DNA of 61,838 nucleotides from Eubacteriales bacterium (GCA_045121315.1 JBGVFW010000305.1:1-61838), one strand, 5' to 3'. Positions 39,848 to 48,979 are shown, counted from the stretch's first letter. Notes: generated from the sequence alone by a model not told the origin. Made by a program: numbers and translations.

Positions 39848-40941
39848 ACGAGCACCTCCTTTGTGCCGTCAAATTCTATAACTTTTTTTGCTTTGGGAAC
39901 ATTCGCGCCTTTTTTCGTAACAAGCACGCGAAAATCGTTTTCGCGGTAAAAGTCTGCCGCTTTTTCAAGAGCCGCTATATCCGCTCCTTCGCCGTAAAGG
40001 ATAACGATGTCCGCATCGTAGTTTTCGCCGTTTTCACGGTACAGCTCAATAAGATCGAGGTAGAGCGCAAAGCCGCACGCTCCGCTCTTTTTGCCCATTT
40101 TCGTAAGAAGATTGTCGTATCTGCCGCCCGAAAGCACGCTCTTTGGAACATCTGCAAGATATCCTTGGAACACAAGACCGTTATAATAATTCATATCGTT
40201 TACGATGGAAAAATCAAGGTTTACAAAGTCTGCTTTTCCCGCGGAAAGGAGCGCGGAATATATCGAGGAAAGCTCGCAAAGCGCGTTCTTTGCTTCTTCG
40301 CAAACGGCAAGAGAGCTTGCTTTTTCAAAAGCCGTGGGGAAAGCACCGTTTATTTCAGCAAGAGCGGAAATATTCTTTGCGCCTTCTTCACAAACACCTG
40401 CTTCCTTGCAGGTGTTGTAAACGCCGTCGGCGTCCTTTTTGCCCAAGGATTCGAGCACTTCCCTGCCGGCAATATCGGAAAGTCCGTAGCCGTCGAGAAG
40501 AGCCCAAACAAACCCCATATGGGAAAGGTCGAGCGCGTATCTGCCGCCCATGGTTTCCATGCTCTTTGCAGCGAGAAGCACCATTTCACATTCGGCGTAC
40601 ATATCCACCTCGCCGATGTATTCCACGCCGACCTGAGGAATTTCTTTATATTCGTGAATACTGCGGGAAACGCGGTATACGTTTTCGTTATAATAAACGC
40701 GGGCGTTTTCGCCGTCGTGCGCGTTTTTTGCGATGGAAAGGGTTATATCTGGCTTGAGGGCAAGCAGGCTGCCGTCAAGATCGTTAAAGGAGATTATATT
40801 TTGAGTTGTAAGGAAATTTTTATATTCCATGTAAAAAGCATATTCTTCAAATTTGCTCATCTTGAAGCGGCGGTAGCCGTACTTTTCGTAAAGCTCACGA
40901 AGTTTGTATATTATTTCTTCGCTCTCTGTGAATATTTTCAT
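39844..40941 (-). CDS. hisZ: ATP phosphoribosyltransferase regulatory subunit (HisRS paralogue)
   Basis: Class II aaRS-like core lacking an anticodon domain, located upstream of the short hisG. The start is uncertain: 40941, or 40950. Confidence 0.85.
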   Translation of the reverse strand: MKIFTESEEIIYKLRELYEKYGYRRFKMSKFEEYAFYMEYKNFLTTQNIISFNDLDGSLLALKPDITLSIAKNAHDGENARVYYNENVYRVSRSIHEYKEIPQVGVEYIGEVDMYAECEMVLLAAKSMETMGGRYALDLSHMGFVWALLDGYGLSDIAGREVLESLGKKDADGVYNTCKEAGVCEEGAKNISALAEINGAFPTAFEKASSLAVCEEAKNALCELSSIYSALLSAGKADFVNLDFSIVNDMNYYNGLVFQGYLADVPKSVLSGGRYDNLLTKMGKKSGACGFALYLDLIELYRENGENYDADIVILYGEGADIAALEKAADFYRENDFRVLVTKKGANVPKAKKVIEFDGTKEVLV

Positions 40942-40987
40942 CGTTTTCATCTCTTTTCGGTGGGATTCATAAAATATATAATGATGT

Positions 40988-41016
40988 ATTATATCACGCC
41001 GTCGCGCGATTTTCAA
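40988..41016 (-). promoter_or_regulatory. Sigma-70-type promoter for the his operon
   Basis: Minus strand: TTGAAA, 17 nt, TATAAT. The leader is only about 40 nt. Confidence 0.7.
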
Positions 41017-41143
41017 GAACATTCGTGCATATTGATGAATTTTTATTCATAAAAAGTTGAAAAAATAATATTCTCGCGTCAGCGGCGACTGTAAGTTGAC
41101 CGCAAAATTCTCGTGTTATGAGAAAGTATAATAAATCACACTC

Positions 41144-41172
41144 TTGACAAAGTATAATTTCCGCGTTATAAT
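41144..41172 (+). promoter_or_regulatory. Sigma-70-type promoter for the folT leader
   Basis: TTGACA, 17 nt, TATAAT. Confidence 0.8.
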
Positions 41173-41204
41173 TACCGTATCGTGCAAAGCACGAAATAAA
41201 AATT

Positions 41205-41310
41205 ACACAGAAGAGTAAAAACACGGGCGTCAAGTGCCGCCGGGACGGGGAGTTGCCGGGCGGACGAAAGCGAAAACGCTGCGGTCCGCGTTTTGCATCC
41301 CGCTTCGTAC
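41205..41310 (+). promoter_or_regulatory. THF (tetrahydrofolate) riboswitch aptamer
   Basis: AGAGTA...GGCGTCAAGTG...GGGA...ACGAAAGCGAAAACGC...TTGCATCCCGCTTCG. This parallels the folT-motif consensus (AGAGUAG..GCGUUAAGUG..GGGAUG..ACGAAGCGAGAGCGC..UUGCAUCCGCUC) and lies upstream of folT. Confidence 0.85.
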
Positions 41311-41404
41311 GGCACCGGGACGAATAAATTTGAGATCAGATGAGTAATAACGAAGTTTTTCTACCGAAATTCTTCTCTATTTGCTCTTATTCTTTAACTT
41401 TTAT

Positions 41405-41449
41405 TCCTCCTTTCCTTGCCATATGCAGCAGGGAAAGGAGGATTTTTTT
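41405..41449 (+). terminator. Expression-platform hairpin: a terminator that also sequesters the folT SD
   Basis: TCCTCCTTTCC/GGAAAGGAGGA stem followed by TTTTTTT, ending 1 nt before the ATG. The 3' arm contains the SD AAGGAGG. Confidence 0.75.
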
Positions 41450-42049
41450 ATGAACAACAAACAAGACAGCAAACAGACAGTTCGCAAAAGCACAGGCATC
41501 GCCATTTTCGGCAACATCAAAGTTATGGTATGCGCCGCGCTTCTCGCCGCGATATCCATCGTTTTGGGCAAATACCTCGCGGTAAACCCAACGATATTTA
41601 TCCGTATCAGCTTTGAAAACCTGCCGATCTTGATGGCGGGTATGTTTTTCGGTCCCGTCATCGGAGGAGTCGTTGGCGCGGCGGCAGATCTTATCGGATG
41701 TTTCATGGTAGGTTATTCTATCAACCCTATCATAACACTCGGTGCCGCGCTCATCGGCGTGATATCGGGCATAGTATCGAAATTTGCCTTTAAAAATCGA
41801 GACGGCTGGCGCGGCACATGGCGCATATTTATCCCCGTGATGAGCGCTCACGCGATCTCTTCCATGTGCGTCAAATCCATCGGTATGGCAATATATTACG
41901 GCACGCCCGTGGAAACACTTTTGTGGCGCATACCGCTCTACATCGTTGTTGGCACAGTAGAAGGATACATTATAATGTTACTTTTCAGAAACAAAAATTT
42001 CTCCGGCTTGCTTGCCAAGATATTAAGCAAAAAGAAGGTGCAAAAATGA
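41450..42049 (+). CDS. folT: ECF transporter S component for folate
   Basis: Six-TM small protein downstream of a THF riboswitch and overlapping folC. ATG at 41450. Confidence 0.85.
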   Translation: MNNKQDSKQTVRKSTGIAIFGNIKVMVCAALLAAISIVLGKYLAVNPTIFIRISFENLPILMAGMFFGPVIGGVVGAAADLIGCFMVGYSINPIITLGAALIGVISGIVSKFAFKNRDGWRGTWRIFIPVMSAHAISSMCVKSIGMAIYYGTPVETLLWRIPLYIVVGTVEGYIIMLLFRNKNFSGLLAKILSKKKVQK

Positions 42050-43380
42050 CATATGACGAAGCGCTCGACTACATTCATTCGGTCTGCTGGAAAGGAAGCC
42101 GCCCCGGACTTTCCCGCATAAACGAGCTTATGGAAAAGCTCGGCAACCCGCAGGACAGCCTGCGTTTTATCCATGTTGCTGGAACGAATGGCAAAGGCTC
42201 CACAAGTGCGATGACTGCCTCTGTTCTTCACGCGGCGGGCTACAAAACAGGCCTTTTCACCTCGCCCTTTATCGTTCGCTTTAATGAGCGTATGCAGATA
42301 GACGGGCAGGATATTTCCGACGAGGAGCTTGCGCGTGTCACCGAATATGTGCGCCCGTATGCCGACAGCATGGAAGATGCCCCCACGGAATTCGAGCTTA
42401 TCACGGCGATAGCCTTCGTCTACTTCAAAAAGCACAACTGCGATTACGTCGTACTCGAGGCAGGCATGGGCGGCAGGCTCGATTCCACGAATATCATAAA
42501 AGCGCACACGGTCGCAGTTTCCGTTATCACCGGCATTGCCATGGACCACACAGCCTTCCTTGGCGACACACCTGAAAAAATAGCCGCGGAAAAAGCGGGC
42601 ATTATAAAAGAGAGAGTTCCCGTTATCTTCGGCGGTGCGCACATGCCCGTCGGTGCAAAAGAGGGCGAATGTGAGGTCGATCCCGTGTCTTGCGCAGCGG
42701 TTATCCGCGCAAAAGCGCAGGAAATGCACGCTCCGTATATCGAAGCAAATTACGCCCGTCTTTCGAACATTAAAACAGACATTTTCGGCGCGAATTTCGA
42801 TTTTGAAAAGGTGAAAGACCTGCATATCCCCCTCGCAGGAATATATCAGCCGTATAACGCCGCAACGGTGCTCACCATCTTGGAAACGCTCGAAAAAGGC
42901 GGCGCAAATATCCCCGAGGAAGCGCTTAGAAAAGGTCTTGCCTCGGTAAAATGGCCCGGCAGATTTGAGATTCTTTGCCGCGAACCGCTTATCATCTCCG
43001 ATGGTGGACACAACCCCGAGGGCATTGATGCGGCGGTCGCCAGCGCGAAAACGTATTTCGGAGATGAAAAGATATATCTTCTCTCCGGCGTTATGGCAGA
43101 TAAGGATTACAAGCACATGGCGCACCGCATGAGCGAGGTCGCATGCCGCGCGTTCACCGTGCGTCCCGATAATTCCCGCGCGCTCTCCGCGGACGAATAT
43201 GCAAAGGTGTTTGAGGCTGAGGGTATGATATCCGAAGGTTTTGCCACGGTAAAGGAGGCGGTATTTGCCGCCACAAACGCTTGCCGCAAAAACGGAAAGG
43301 CTCTGCTTTGCCTCGGCTCGCTCTATATGTACGGCGAAGTCCGCGCGGCCGTGGAAGAGTATATGAAAAGCTCGATTTGA
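42046..43380 (+). CDS. folC: Folylpolyglutamate synthase / dihydrofolate synthase
   Basis: HVAGTNGKGST P-loop with a Mur-ligase-like core. ATGA overlap with folT. Confidence 0.92.
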   Translation: MTYDEALDYIHSVCWKGSRPGLSRINELMEKLGNPQDSLRFIHVAGTNGKGSTSAMTASVLHAAGYKTGLFTSPFIVRFNERMQIDGQDISDEELARVTEYVRPYADSMEDAPTEFELITAIAFVYFKKHNCDYVVLEAGMGGRLDSTNIIKAHTVAVSVITGIAMDHTAFLGDTPEKIAAEKAGIIKERVPVIFGGAHMPVGAKEGECEVDPVSCAAVIRAKAQEMHAPYIEANYARLSNIKTDIFGANFDFEKVKDLHIPLAGIYQPYNAATVLTILETLEKGGANIPEEALRKGLASVKWPGRFEILCREPLIISDGGHNPEGIDAAVASAKTYFGDEKIYLLSGVMADKDYKHMAHRMSEVACRAFTVRPDNSRALSADEYAKVFEAEGMISEGFATVKEAVFAATNACRKNGKALLCLGSLYMYGEVRAAVEEYMKSSI

Positions 43381-43406
43381 GAATTAAAGATCGGAAATAG
43401 CCGCAT

Positions 43407-44072
43407 ATGATCGACCTCAAGGAAAATGAACTGATAAACATAAAGCTCAACACGTTATACAAAAAATTTACTCCCGATTTTTTGGAAGAATGGGAAAAAG
43501 CTTTTGAAAAGGAAGCGCCGCCCCGCATAAACGAGTTCGGCGTTATCGATACAGAAAAATACGACGCCGACAGCGGCGTGCTGTTTATCGGCAAGGAAAC
43601 GAACGGCTGGGATTTTTCGGGCGGTTGTTTATTCCGCAAATGGCTGGAAGATATAACGAAAGACGGCTTTGCCAAAGGCAGCTACGTTAAAAAACACCCG
43701 CAAATATGGTACAACGTCGGTCGTTGGAGCGCTCTCATGAAATATCCCGATATTTCCGTGGGCGAACTCGCTTCTCTAAAAGGCGAAGTGCTCCCCGCCA
43801 TAGGAAATATCGCCTTTACCAATATCAACAAAGTTTACGGATATAAACAAAGCAAAGACGGATATTACCGCATGGCGTCCTCCGGTGTCGCAGGAGAGGT
43901 CTTGCGGCAGGAAATAGAAATAATCAAGCCGAAAACAGTCGTGTGCTGCGGAACGGGCGAAATATTCCTTCGCCACGTAAAAAACCATTCCGGCAAGGTC
44001 ATCTTTATGCCGCACCCATCTGCAAGGACAAACACGGAAGAAATGCTCGCTGAATTAAAAAAGCAGTTGTGA
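43407..44072 (+). CDS. Hypothetical protein with a UDG-superfamily-like motif layout
   Basis: VLFIGKETNGW (motif A position), IAFTNINKV (TNxVK-like), VVCCGTGE, FMPHPSAR (HPS motif B position). The RBS is weak. Confidence 0.55.
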   Translation: MIDLKENELINIKLNTLYKKFTPDFLEEWEKAFEKEAPPRINEFGVIDTEKYDADSGVLFIGKETNGWDFSGGCLFRKWLEDITKDGFAKGSYVKKHPQIWYNVGRWSALMKYPDISVGELASLKGEVLPAIGNIAFTNINKVYGYKQSKDGYYRMASSGVAGEVLRQEIEIIKPKTVVCCGTGEIFLRHVKNHSGKVIFMPHPSARTNTEEMLAELKKQL

Positions 44073-44127
44073 AAAATGTGCTTACGCACACTCACCTCTT
44101 CCGACGCAATTTTCCATGTTATAAAAC

Positions 44128-44158
44128 GGAAAAGACGGAGAAAATCTCCGTCTTTTTT
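44128..44158. terminator. Bidirectional intrinsic terminator
   Basis: AAAA-AGACGGAG-AAAAT-CTCCGTCT-TTTTT. Confidence 0.85.
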
Positions 44159-44161
44159 CTT

Positions 44162-44992
44162 TTACACTATCTCCGCAACGCTCTTTTTATAACCCGTAGG
44201 GGAAATGCCGTACTTTTTGCTGAAAAGCCCGCTGAAATAGAACTGATTGTCATACCCCACCGCAGCGGAAACCTCCCCCACGGAAAGGTCTGTTAGCACA
44301 AACATTGCGCGGGCGCGGCGCAAACGCTCTGAAATTATGTAATCCTTGGGAGCGCCGCCCAAAACCTTTTTAAATTCTCTGTAAAAAGAGTCGGGCGAAA
44401 GACCTGCGATACCCGCGAGGGTTTCCTGCATGATATTATCCGCAAGGTGTGCGCCTATATGCGAAAGCACGTCCGAAAGAGAAGCAAAACCGTTCATAAC
44501 GGCGTCAACCTTTTCAAGCGGCAGGCTTCCCTGAATAATGGAAGATACCGCGGAATAGATGAGTGAAACCGTTTTCACCGCGTTTTCAAGGCGAGTGTTC
44601 GTAAACTCGTTTTTCGCGCGCATTTCGGATATCTCACGGCATATCTCAAAAATGCCGCTGTCTTTTCCGTAAAAAAGCGGATAATCGAAAAGCGAAAGTA
44701 TACGCAAAACAGTGAAGATGCGCGCTTCAAATCCGACGTAAACGACGGAGCAAGCTTCTCTCGCCTCAACTCCGTATTTCGTATCGAACGGAACGAGCAC
44801 GGCGTCCCCCTCACCAAGCAAAAACTGCTTTTCTCCGACTGTGACTGCGGCGCTCCCGCCTTCCGCGCAAATGAACATCTCAAACGGGAGTTTCGTGCCG
44901 AAAAACTCCCTTCCACTCTCATATTCCGCTCTGCCGGCGCAGGCGTATGTGATGCTTATATTATTTTCGGGTTTAGCCTCTCTCCATTTCAT
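44162..44992 (-). CDS. AraC family transcriptional regulator (cupin N-terminus + HTH)
   Basis: C-terminal AraC HTH (LAGIAGLSPDSFYREFKK...VGYDNQFYFSGLFSKKYGISP). The start at 44992 is preferred (GGCGGTG RBS). The alternative is 45052. Confidence 0.85.
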   Translation of the reverse strand: MKWREAKPENNISITYACAGRAEYESGREFFGTKLPFEMFICAEGGSAAVTVGEKQFLLGEGDAVLVPFDTKYGVEAREACSVVYVGFEARIFTVLRILSLFDYPLFYGKDSGIFEICREISEMRAKNEFTNTRLENAVKTVSLIYSAVSSIIQGSLPLEKVDAVMNGFASLSDVLSHIGAHLADNIMQETLAGIAGLSPDSFYREFKKVLGGAPKDYIISERLRRARAMFVLTDLSVGEVSAAVGYDNQFYFSGLFSKKYGISPTGYKKSVAEIV

Positions 44993-45192
44993 AGAGCGCC
45001 ACCGCCTTTCATTATACGTTATAACCAAACCTCCCGAAATATACAGCGACATTCTGCCATACGCTTCGGGAGGGCAAATATTCTCTCTTTTTTGATTATT
45101 ATATCATATTTTTCAGCAAAATACAATAAAATGAATGATATTTTGTAAAATCAGGGGATATAATGGGTTTTGAGACGCGCAAATCTGTCGCA

Positions 45193-45717
45193 TTACATGG
45201 GATTATCCGAAAATCTTACGGTTGCGCCGCCATCGGATATCGCGGAAAACGCGCGGCAAAGCTTCGCCGTTTCCTCGCGCCCGTCCTTTACGGTGACAAT
45301 ATATTTTCCAAATCTCATAAAAGCCATGCTGTCCGAGGGGTCACACGGCGCCCAATCATATTCATCGTAAAGTCTTGCGTAAAGCTCCTTTGCCGTCGCC
45401 TCGTCCTTGGAAACGATAACGCAGAGCGTGCGTCCACCCGAAAGCTCAGACGGGTGAAAGACCGTCGCTTCCGCTATTTTTTCGCGAAAATCTTCTTCGG
45501 ATATACCGAAGATATACGCGTTTTCGGCGTTCACGATCTCCTCATAAGCCATCGCAGTATTCTCGCCTGCTTCCTCATATATACGTAAAGCTACGTCGTG
45601 CGCGCTCCCTTCAAGGTCGGTTCGCATATGCTTGCCACAAGAGACCAAAACGAGAAGCATAAGGGAGAGCACTGCAGCCCAAAGCGAATATTTTTTATAG
45701 TAATCGTTGTTAAACAA
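45193..45717 (-). CDS. Hypothetical lipoprotein
   Basis: LVLVSC lipobox. TTG start 8 nt after GGAGGTG. Confidence 0.6.
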   Translation of the reverse strand: MFNNDYYKKYSLWAAVLSLMLLVLVSCGKHMRTDLEGSAHDVALRIYEEAGENTAMAYEEIVNAENAYIFGISEEDFREKIAEATVFHPSELSGGRTLCVIVSKDEATAKELYARLYDEYDWAPCDPSDSMAFMRFGKYIVTVKDGREETAKLCRAFSAISDGGATVRFSDNPM

Positions 45718-45740
45718 AAATAAAACACCTCCGTTCGCGG

Positions 45741-45764
45741 AAAAACGAGCGCTTTCTCGTTTTA
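45741..45764. terminator. Intrinsic terminator after polA (bidirectional shape)
   Basis: AAACGAG-CGCTTT-CTCGTTT, flanked by an A-run and a T-run. Confidence 0.7.
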
Positions 45765-45807
45765 TTCCGTTTGCTTTTAGTGTTTTACTTTTTTGTCGTT
45801 TTATGCC

Positions 45808-48339
45808 TTATTTTGCATCAAACCAAGTTTTACCGACACCAACCTCCGCCAAGAGCTTGACAGGAAGCAATATCGCGCTCTCCATTTCGTTTACGAGCAG
45901 AGCTTTTACCTCCTCGGCGCAGTTTTCGTTCGCTTCAATGATAAGCTCGTCGTGTACCTGCATAATGAGCTTTGCGTCGTAGCCGCCTTCGCGCAGTTTA
46001 CGTTCCACGTTTACCATGGCGAGCTTGATTATATCCGCCGCGCTTCCCTGTATCGGGCTGTTCATGGCAACTCTCTCGCCGAACGCGATTTCCACTTTCT
46101 TTTTGGAGGAAAGCTCCTTGATATACCTTCTTCTGCCCAAAAGAGTTGTAACAAAGCCGTCTTTTTTTGCTTGCTCCACAATATCGGAAAGGTATTTTTC
46201 AACCATCGGGTACGTTTTCATATAGCCGGAGATATAATCTTTCGCCGCCGTAAGCGATATGTGTAAGTCTCCCGCCAAAGAAAACGCGCCCATGCCGTAA
46301 ACTATACCAAAATTTATCGCTTTTGCGCGCTTGCGCAGCTCAACGGTCACTTCGTCCGCAGAAACTCCGAAAACTTTCATCGCCGTTGACGTGTGAATAT
46401 CCGCGCCATCGGAGAAAGCGGAGATCATCGCTTCATCTCCCGATATCGCCGCCAAAAGGCGAAGCTCTATCTGAGAATAGTCCGCATCAATAAGAACGTA
46501 GCCGTCTTTTTCCGCCGCGAAGAATTTGCGCATCTCGCGCCCAAGATCCGTTTTTATCGGGATATTCTGCAAATTCGGCTCCGTGGAGGAAAGTCTGCCC
46601 GTCGCAGTGAGCGCCTGCTTAAACGATGTGTGTACTCTGCCGCGGCTGTCTGCCGCCGCAAGGAGTCCGTCCGCATACGTGCTTTTGAGCTTTGCGACCT
46701 TGCGGTATTCGAGTATTTCCCCGATTATGGGGTGATATGGGCGGAGCTTTTCCATAACCTCCGCGTCTGTGGAATAGCCGCTTTTAGTTTTCTTTATCGC
46801 TGGCAAGCCGAGCACATCAAAAAGTATGTGTCCAAGCTGTTTGGGAGAGTTTATGTTGAAAGCTTCTCCCGCGAGCAGATATATTTTTTCGCAATGTTCG
46901 TCTATCATGCCCGAAAGCTTCACGGAAAACTCTTCAAGCTCTTGGGTATTAACGAAGAAGCCCTCTTTTTCCATATTGAAAAGCACGCGCGCAAGCGGAA
47001 ATTCTATTTTCCCGTAAAGCTCACACTGATGGCTGTTTTCAAGCTCCGTACAAAGGTCGCCGTAAAGTTTATATATATAGAACGCTTTTTCCTCGGTGGA
47101 TGCAGGCGTTTTGCCGTAAAGGCGCGAAGTCAGCTTTTCAAGAGAAAAATCGTTTTCGGAAACGGCGGCAACATATCCCATGAGCATTACGTCTTCGATG
47201 CAAGCGGAGAAATCACAGCCGTAAGATGAGAGCGCATGGTATGCTGTTTTGGCATCATGAACAATAAAGGCGTACTCCTTATCCGAAAGATACGGAAGCG
47301 TATTTTTGAGCGTGTCCGCAAAAACGCGTACGCCGTCGCAGAAATACACCTTGCCGTCCGCTTCGAGATCGAACGCCGCAGCGTATTTTTTGCCTTTTTC
47401 AAGGCAAGCGGCGGTGTCTGTGCAGAGAGCAAAGCAATCTTCCCCGTTTTCTTTTTCGGTGCAGGCGTCCTCGCCCTCTTCGGCGCCGAATTTTTTGATA
47501 AATTTTGTAAATTCAAGCCGCGTGAAAAGCTCAAAAAGCTTGTGCTTGTCCGCGCCCGTGTAGCGGAACGCTTCGATATCGGCTCCCAAGTCCACATCGC
47601 ACTTTATTTTTGCAAGGAACTTTGACATATACGCCGCGTCCTTGCCATCGATTATCTTTGCTTTTGCGGAAGGAGCTATTTTTTTGTTTTCCGTGTCCGT
47701 GTAAACTTCGTCAAGGCTACCGTATTCTGAGATAAGCTTGAACGCGGTCTTTTCACCGATGCCCTTTACGCCGGGAATATTGTCTGAAGCGTCGCCCATA
47801 AGCGCCTTTACGTCAACGTATTGACTCGGCAAAACGCCGTATTTTTCGCGGAACGCTTCCGTGTCGAAAAGAATAGGATCCGTATTGGTTGCGAGGATCA
47901 CGCGCGTTTTGTCCGTGATAAGCTGCAAAGAGTCGCGGTCACCCGTGAGGATATACACTTCCGTGTCGCCCTCTGCCTCACCCATAGCGGCGAGAGTGCC
48001 GAGGATATCGTCGGCTTCAAAGCCCTCTTTTTCCACGCAGTGCGCGCCAAGCGCGGCAAGACATTCCACAGCATAAGGTCGCTGAACGGCAAGCTCTTCA
48101 GGCATACCATGGCGGTTCGCCTTATATTCCGTGTATGCCTTGTGGCGGAACGTTGGCGCCTTCATATCGAATGCTACCACGAAATAATCGGGTTGCAGCT
48201 CTTCAAAATGGCGGTTAATTATATTTATTGTGCCGTATACGGCGTTTGTGGGCAAGCCGTCCGCCGTGGAAAGCGGGCGAACGCCGTAAAACGCTCGGTT
48301 GAGTATGGAGTTTCCGTCAACGGCAAGAAGTTTTTTCAT
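45808..48339 (-). CDS. polA: DNA polymerase I
   Basis: 5'-nuclease N-terminus (LLAVDGNS...), pol motifs DYSQIELR and QVHDE. 843 aa. Confidence 0.96.
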   Translation of the reverse strand: MKKLLAVDGNSILNRAFYGVRPLSTADGLPTNAVYGTINIINRHFEELQPDYFVVAFDMKAPTFRHKAYTEYKANRHGMPEELAVQRPYAVECLAALGAHCVEKEGFEADDILGTLAAMGEAEGDTEVYILTGDRDSLQLITDKTRVILATNTDPILFDTEAFREKYGVLPSQYVDVKALMGDASDNIPGVKGIGEKTAFKLISEYGSLDEVYTDTENKKIAPSAKAKIIDGKDAAYMSKFLAKIKCDVDLGADIEAFRYTGADKHKLFELFTRLEFTKFIKKFGAEEGEDACTEKENGEDCFALCTDTAACLEKGKKYAAAFDLEADGKVYFCDGVRVFADTLKNTLPYLSDKEYAFIVHDAKTAYHALSSYGCDFSACIEDVMLMGYVAAVSENDFSLEKLTSRLYGKTPASTEEKAFYIYKLYGDLCTELENSHQCELYGKIEFPLARVLFNMEKEGFFVNTQELEEFSVKLSGMIDEHCEKIYLLAGEAFNINSPKQLGHILFDVLGLPAIKKTKSGYSTDAEVMEKLRPYHPIIGEILEYRKVAKLKSTYADGLLAAADSRGRVHTSFKQALTATGRLSSTEPNLQNIPIKTDLGREMRKFFAAEKDGYVLIDADYSQIELRLLAAISGDEAMISAFSDGADIHTSTAMKVFGVSADEVTVELRKRAKAINFGIVYGMGAFSLAGDLHISLTAAKDYISGYMKTYPMVEKYLSDIVEQAKKDGFVTTLLGRRRYIKELSSKKKVEIAFGERVAMNSPIQGSAADIIKLAMVNVERKLREGGYDAKLIMQVHDELIIEANENCAEEVKALLVNEMESAILLPVKLLAEVGVGKTWFDAK

Positions 48340-48371
48340 AAAGGTTATCCTCCGCAGGGGGTGAATTTTTT

Positions 48372-48402
48372 GATGATATTATTAGTTTACCATAATATCA
48401 TC
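48372..48402. promoter_or_regulatory. Perfect 11-bp inverted repeat in the polA 5' leader
   Basis: GATGATATTAT, 9 nt, ATAATATCATC. It lies between the putative promoter and the RBS. Confidence 0.5.
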
Positions 48403-48415
48403 GAAAAAGCAAAAA

Positions 48416-48445
48416 ATTTTAATAATAGAACAAAAACTCTTGCAA
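48416..48445 (-). promoter_or_regulatory. Candidate promoter for polA
   Basis: Minus strand: TTGCAA, 18 nt, TAAAAT. Confidence 0.5.
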
Positions 48446-48950
48446 AGCGTTTTTGGAGGAACAATATCGCAAGCGGTCTTGAACTTATTGTGTTCAACTT
48501 TTTTTCGTTTTCGAGAAAAAGTTGCAAAAAGAGAAAAAATCGCTTCGATTTACCCGCTTGCGCTAGGAAGAAGTGAGTGCGATTGCGACTCCCCGATGGA
48601 TTTTCACTTTGCAAAAACCCATCGGAACCGCGTCGCAGGGCATTCGATATCGGATTTAAACTTAGGCGCGTGAATATATTTATCATGATTTTTGATATAT
48701 TACCCCACGCTTTACTAAAAATCAGATATTGAATGATATCGGCGAGGTTCCGCGATGCCTGCCTTCGCGGGAAGCCGACGATACGGAGTTCTCTTTTTCA
48801 CAAGCGATAAACCTGCAAGGTTTTCTGCTTCTTTTTCCAAGGTTTTTTCTTTCAGATAAAGAAAAAACCTGATATAATTAGTTTTAAAGAACGCAAAGCG
48901 TTCTTTTCCTCTTACCGCTTTTGCGGTGTTGAATAAACCACAAATAAAAT
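48446..48950. repeat. Mosaic intergenic repeat, copy B (pfkA-polA spacer)
   Basis: The core at 48495-48727 aligns with 36036-36276. Extra modules and hairpins lie on the right side. Confidence 0.7.
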
Positions 48951-48951
48951 C

Positions 48952-48979
48952 AAAAAGGAACGGTTGCCCGTTCCTTTTT
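48952..48979. terminator. Intrinsic terminator after pfkA (bidirectional shape)
   Basis: AAAAA-AGGAACGG-TTGC-CCGTTCCT-TTTT. Confidence 0.85.

Noticed and set aside
41381-41449. Track start of folT at 41381.
   Set aside because: The extension overlaps the riboswitch platform hairpin and U-tract. The SD AAGGAGG serves the ATG at 41450.
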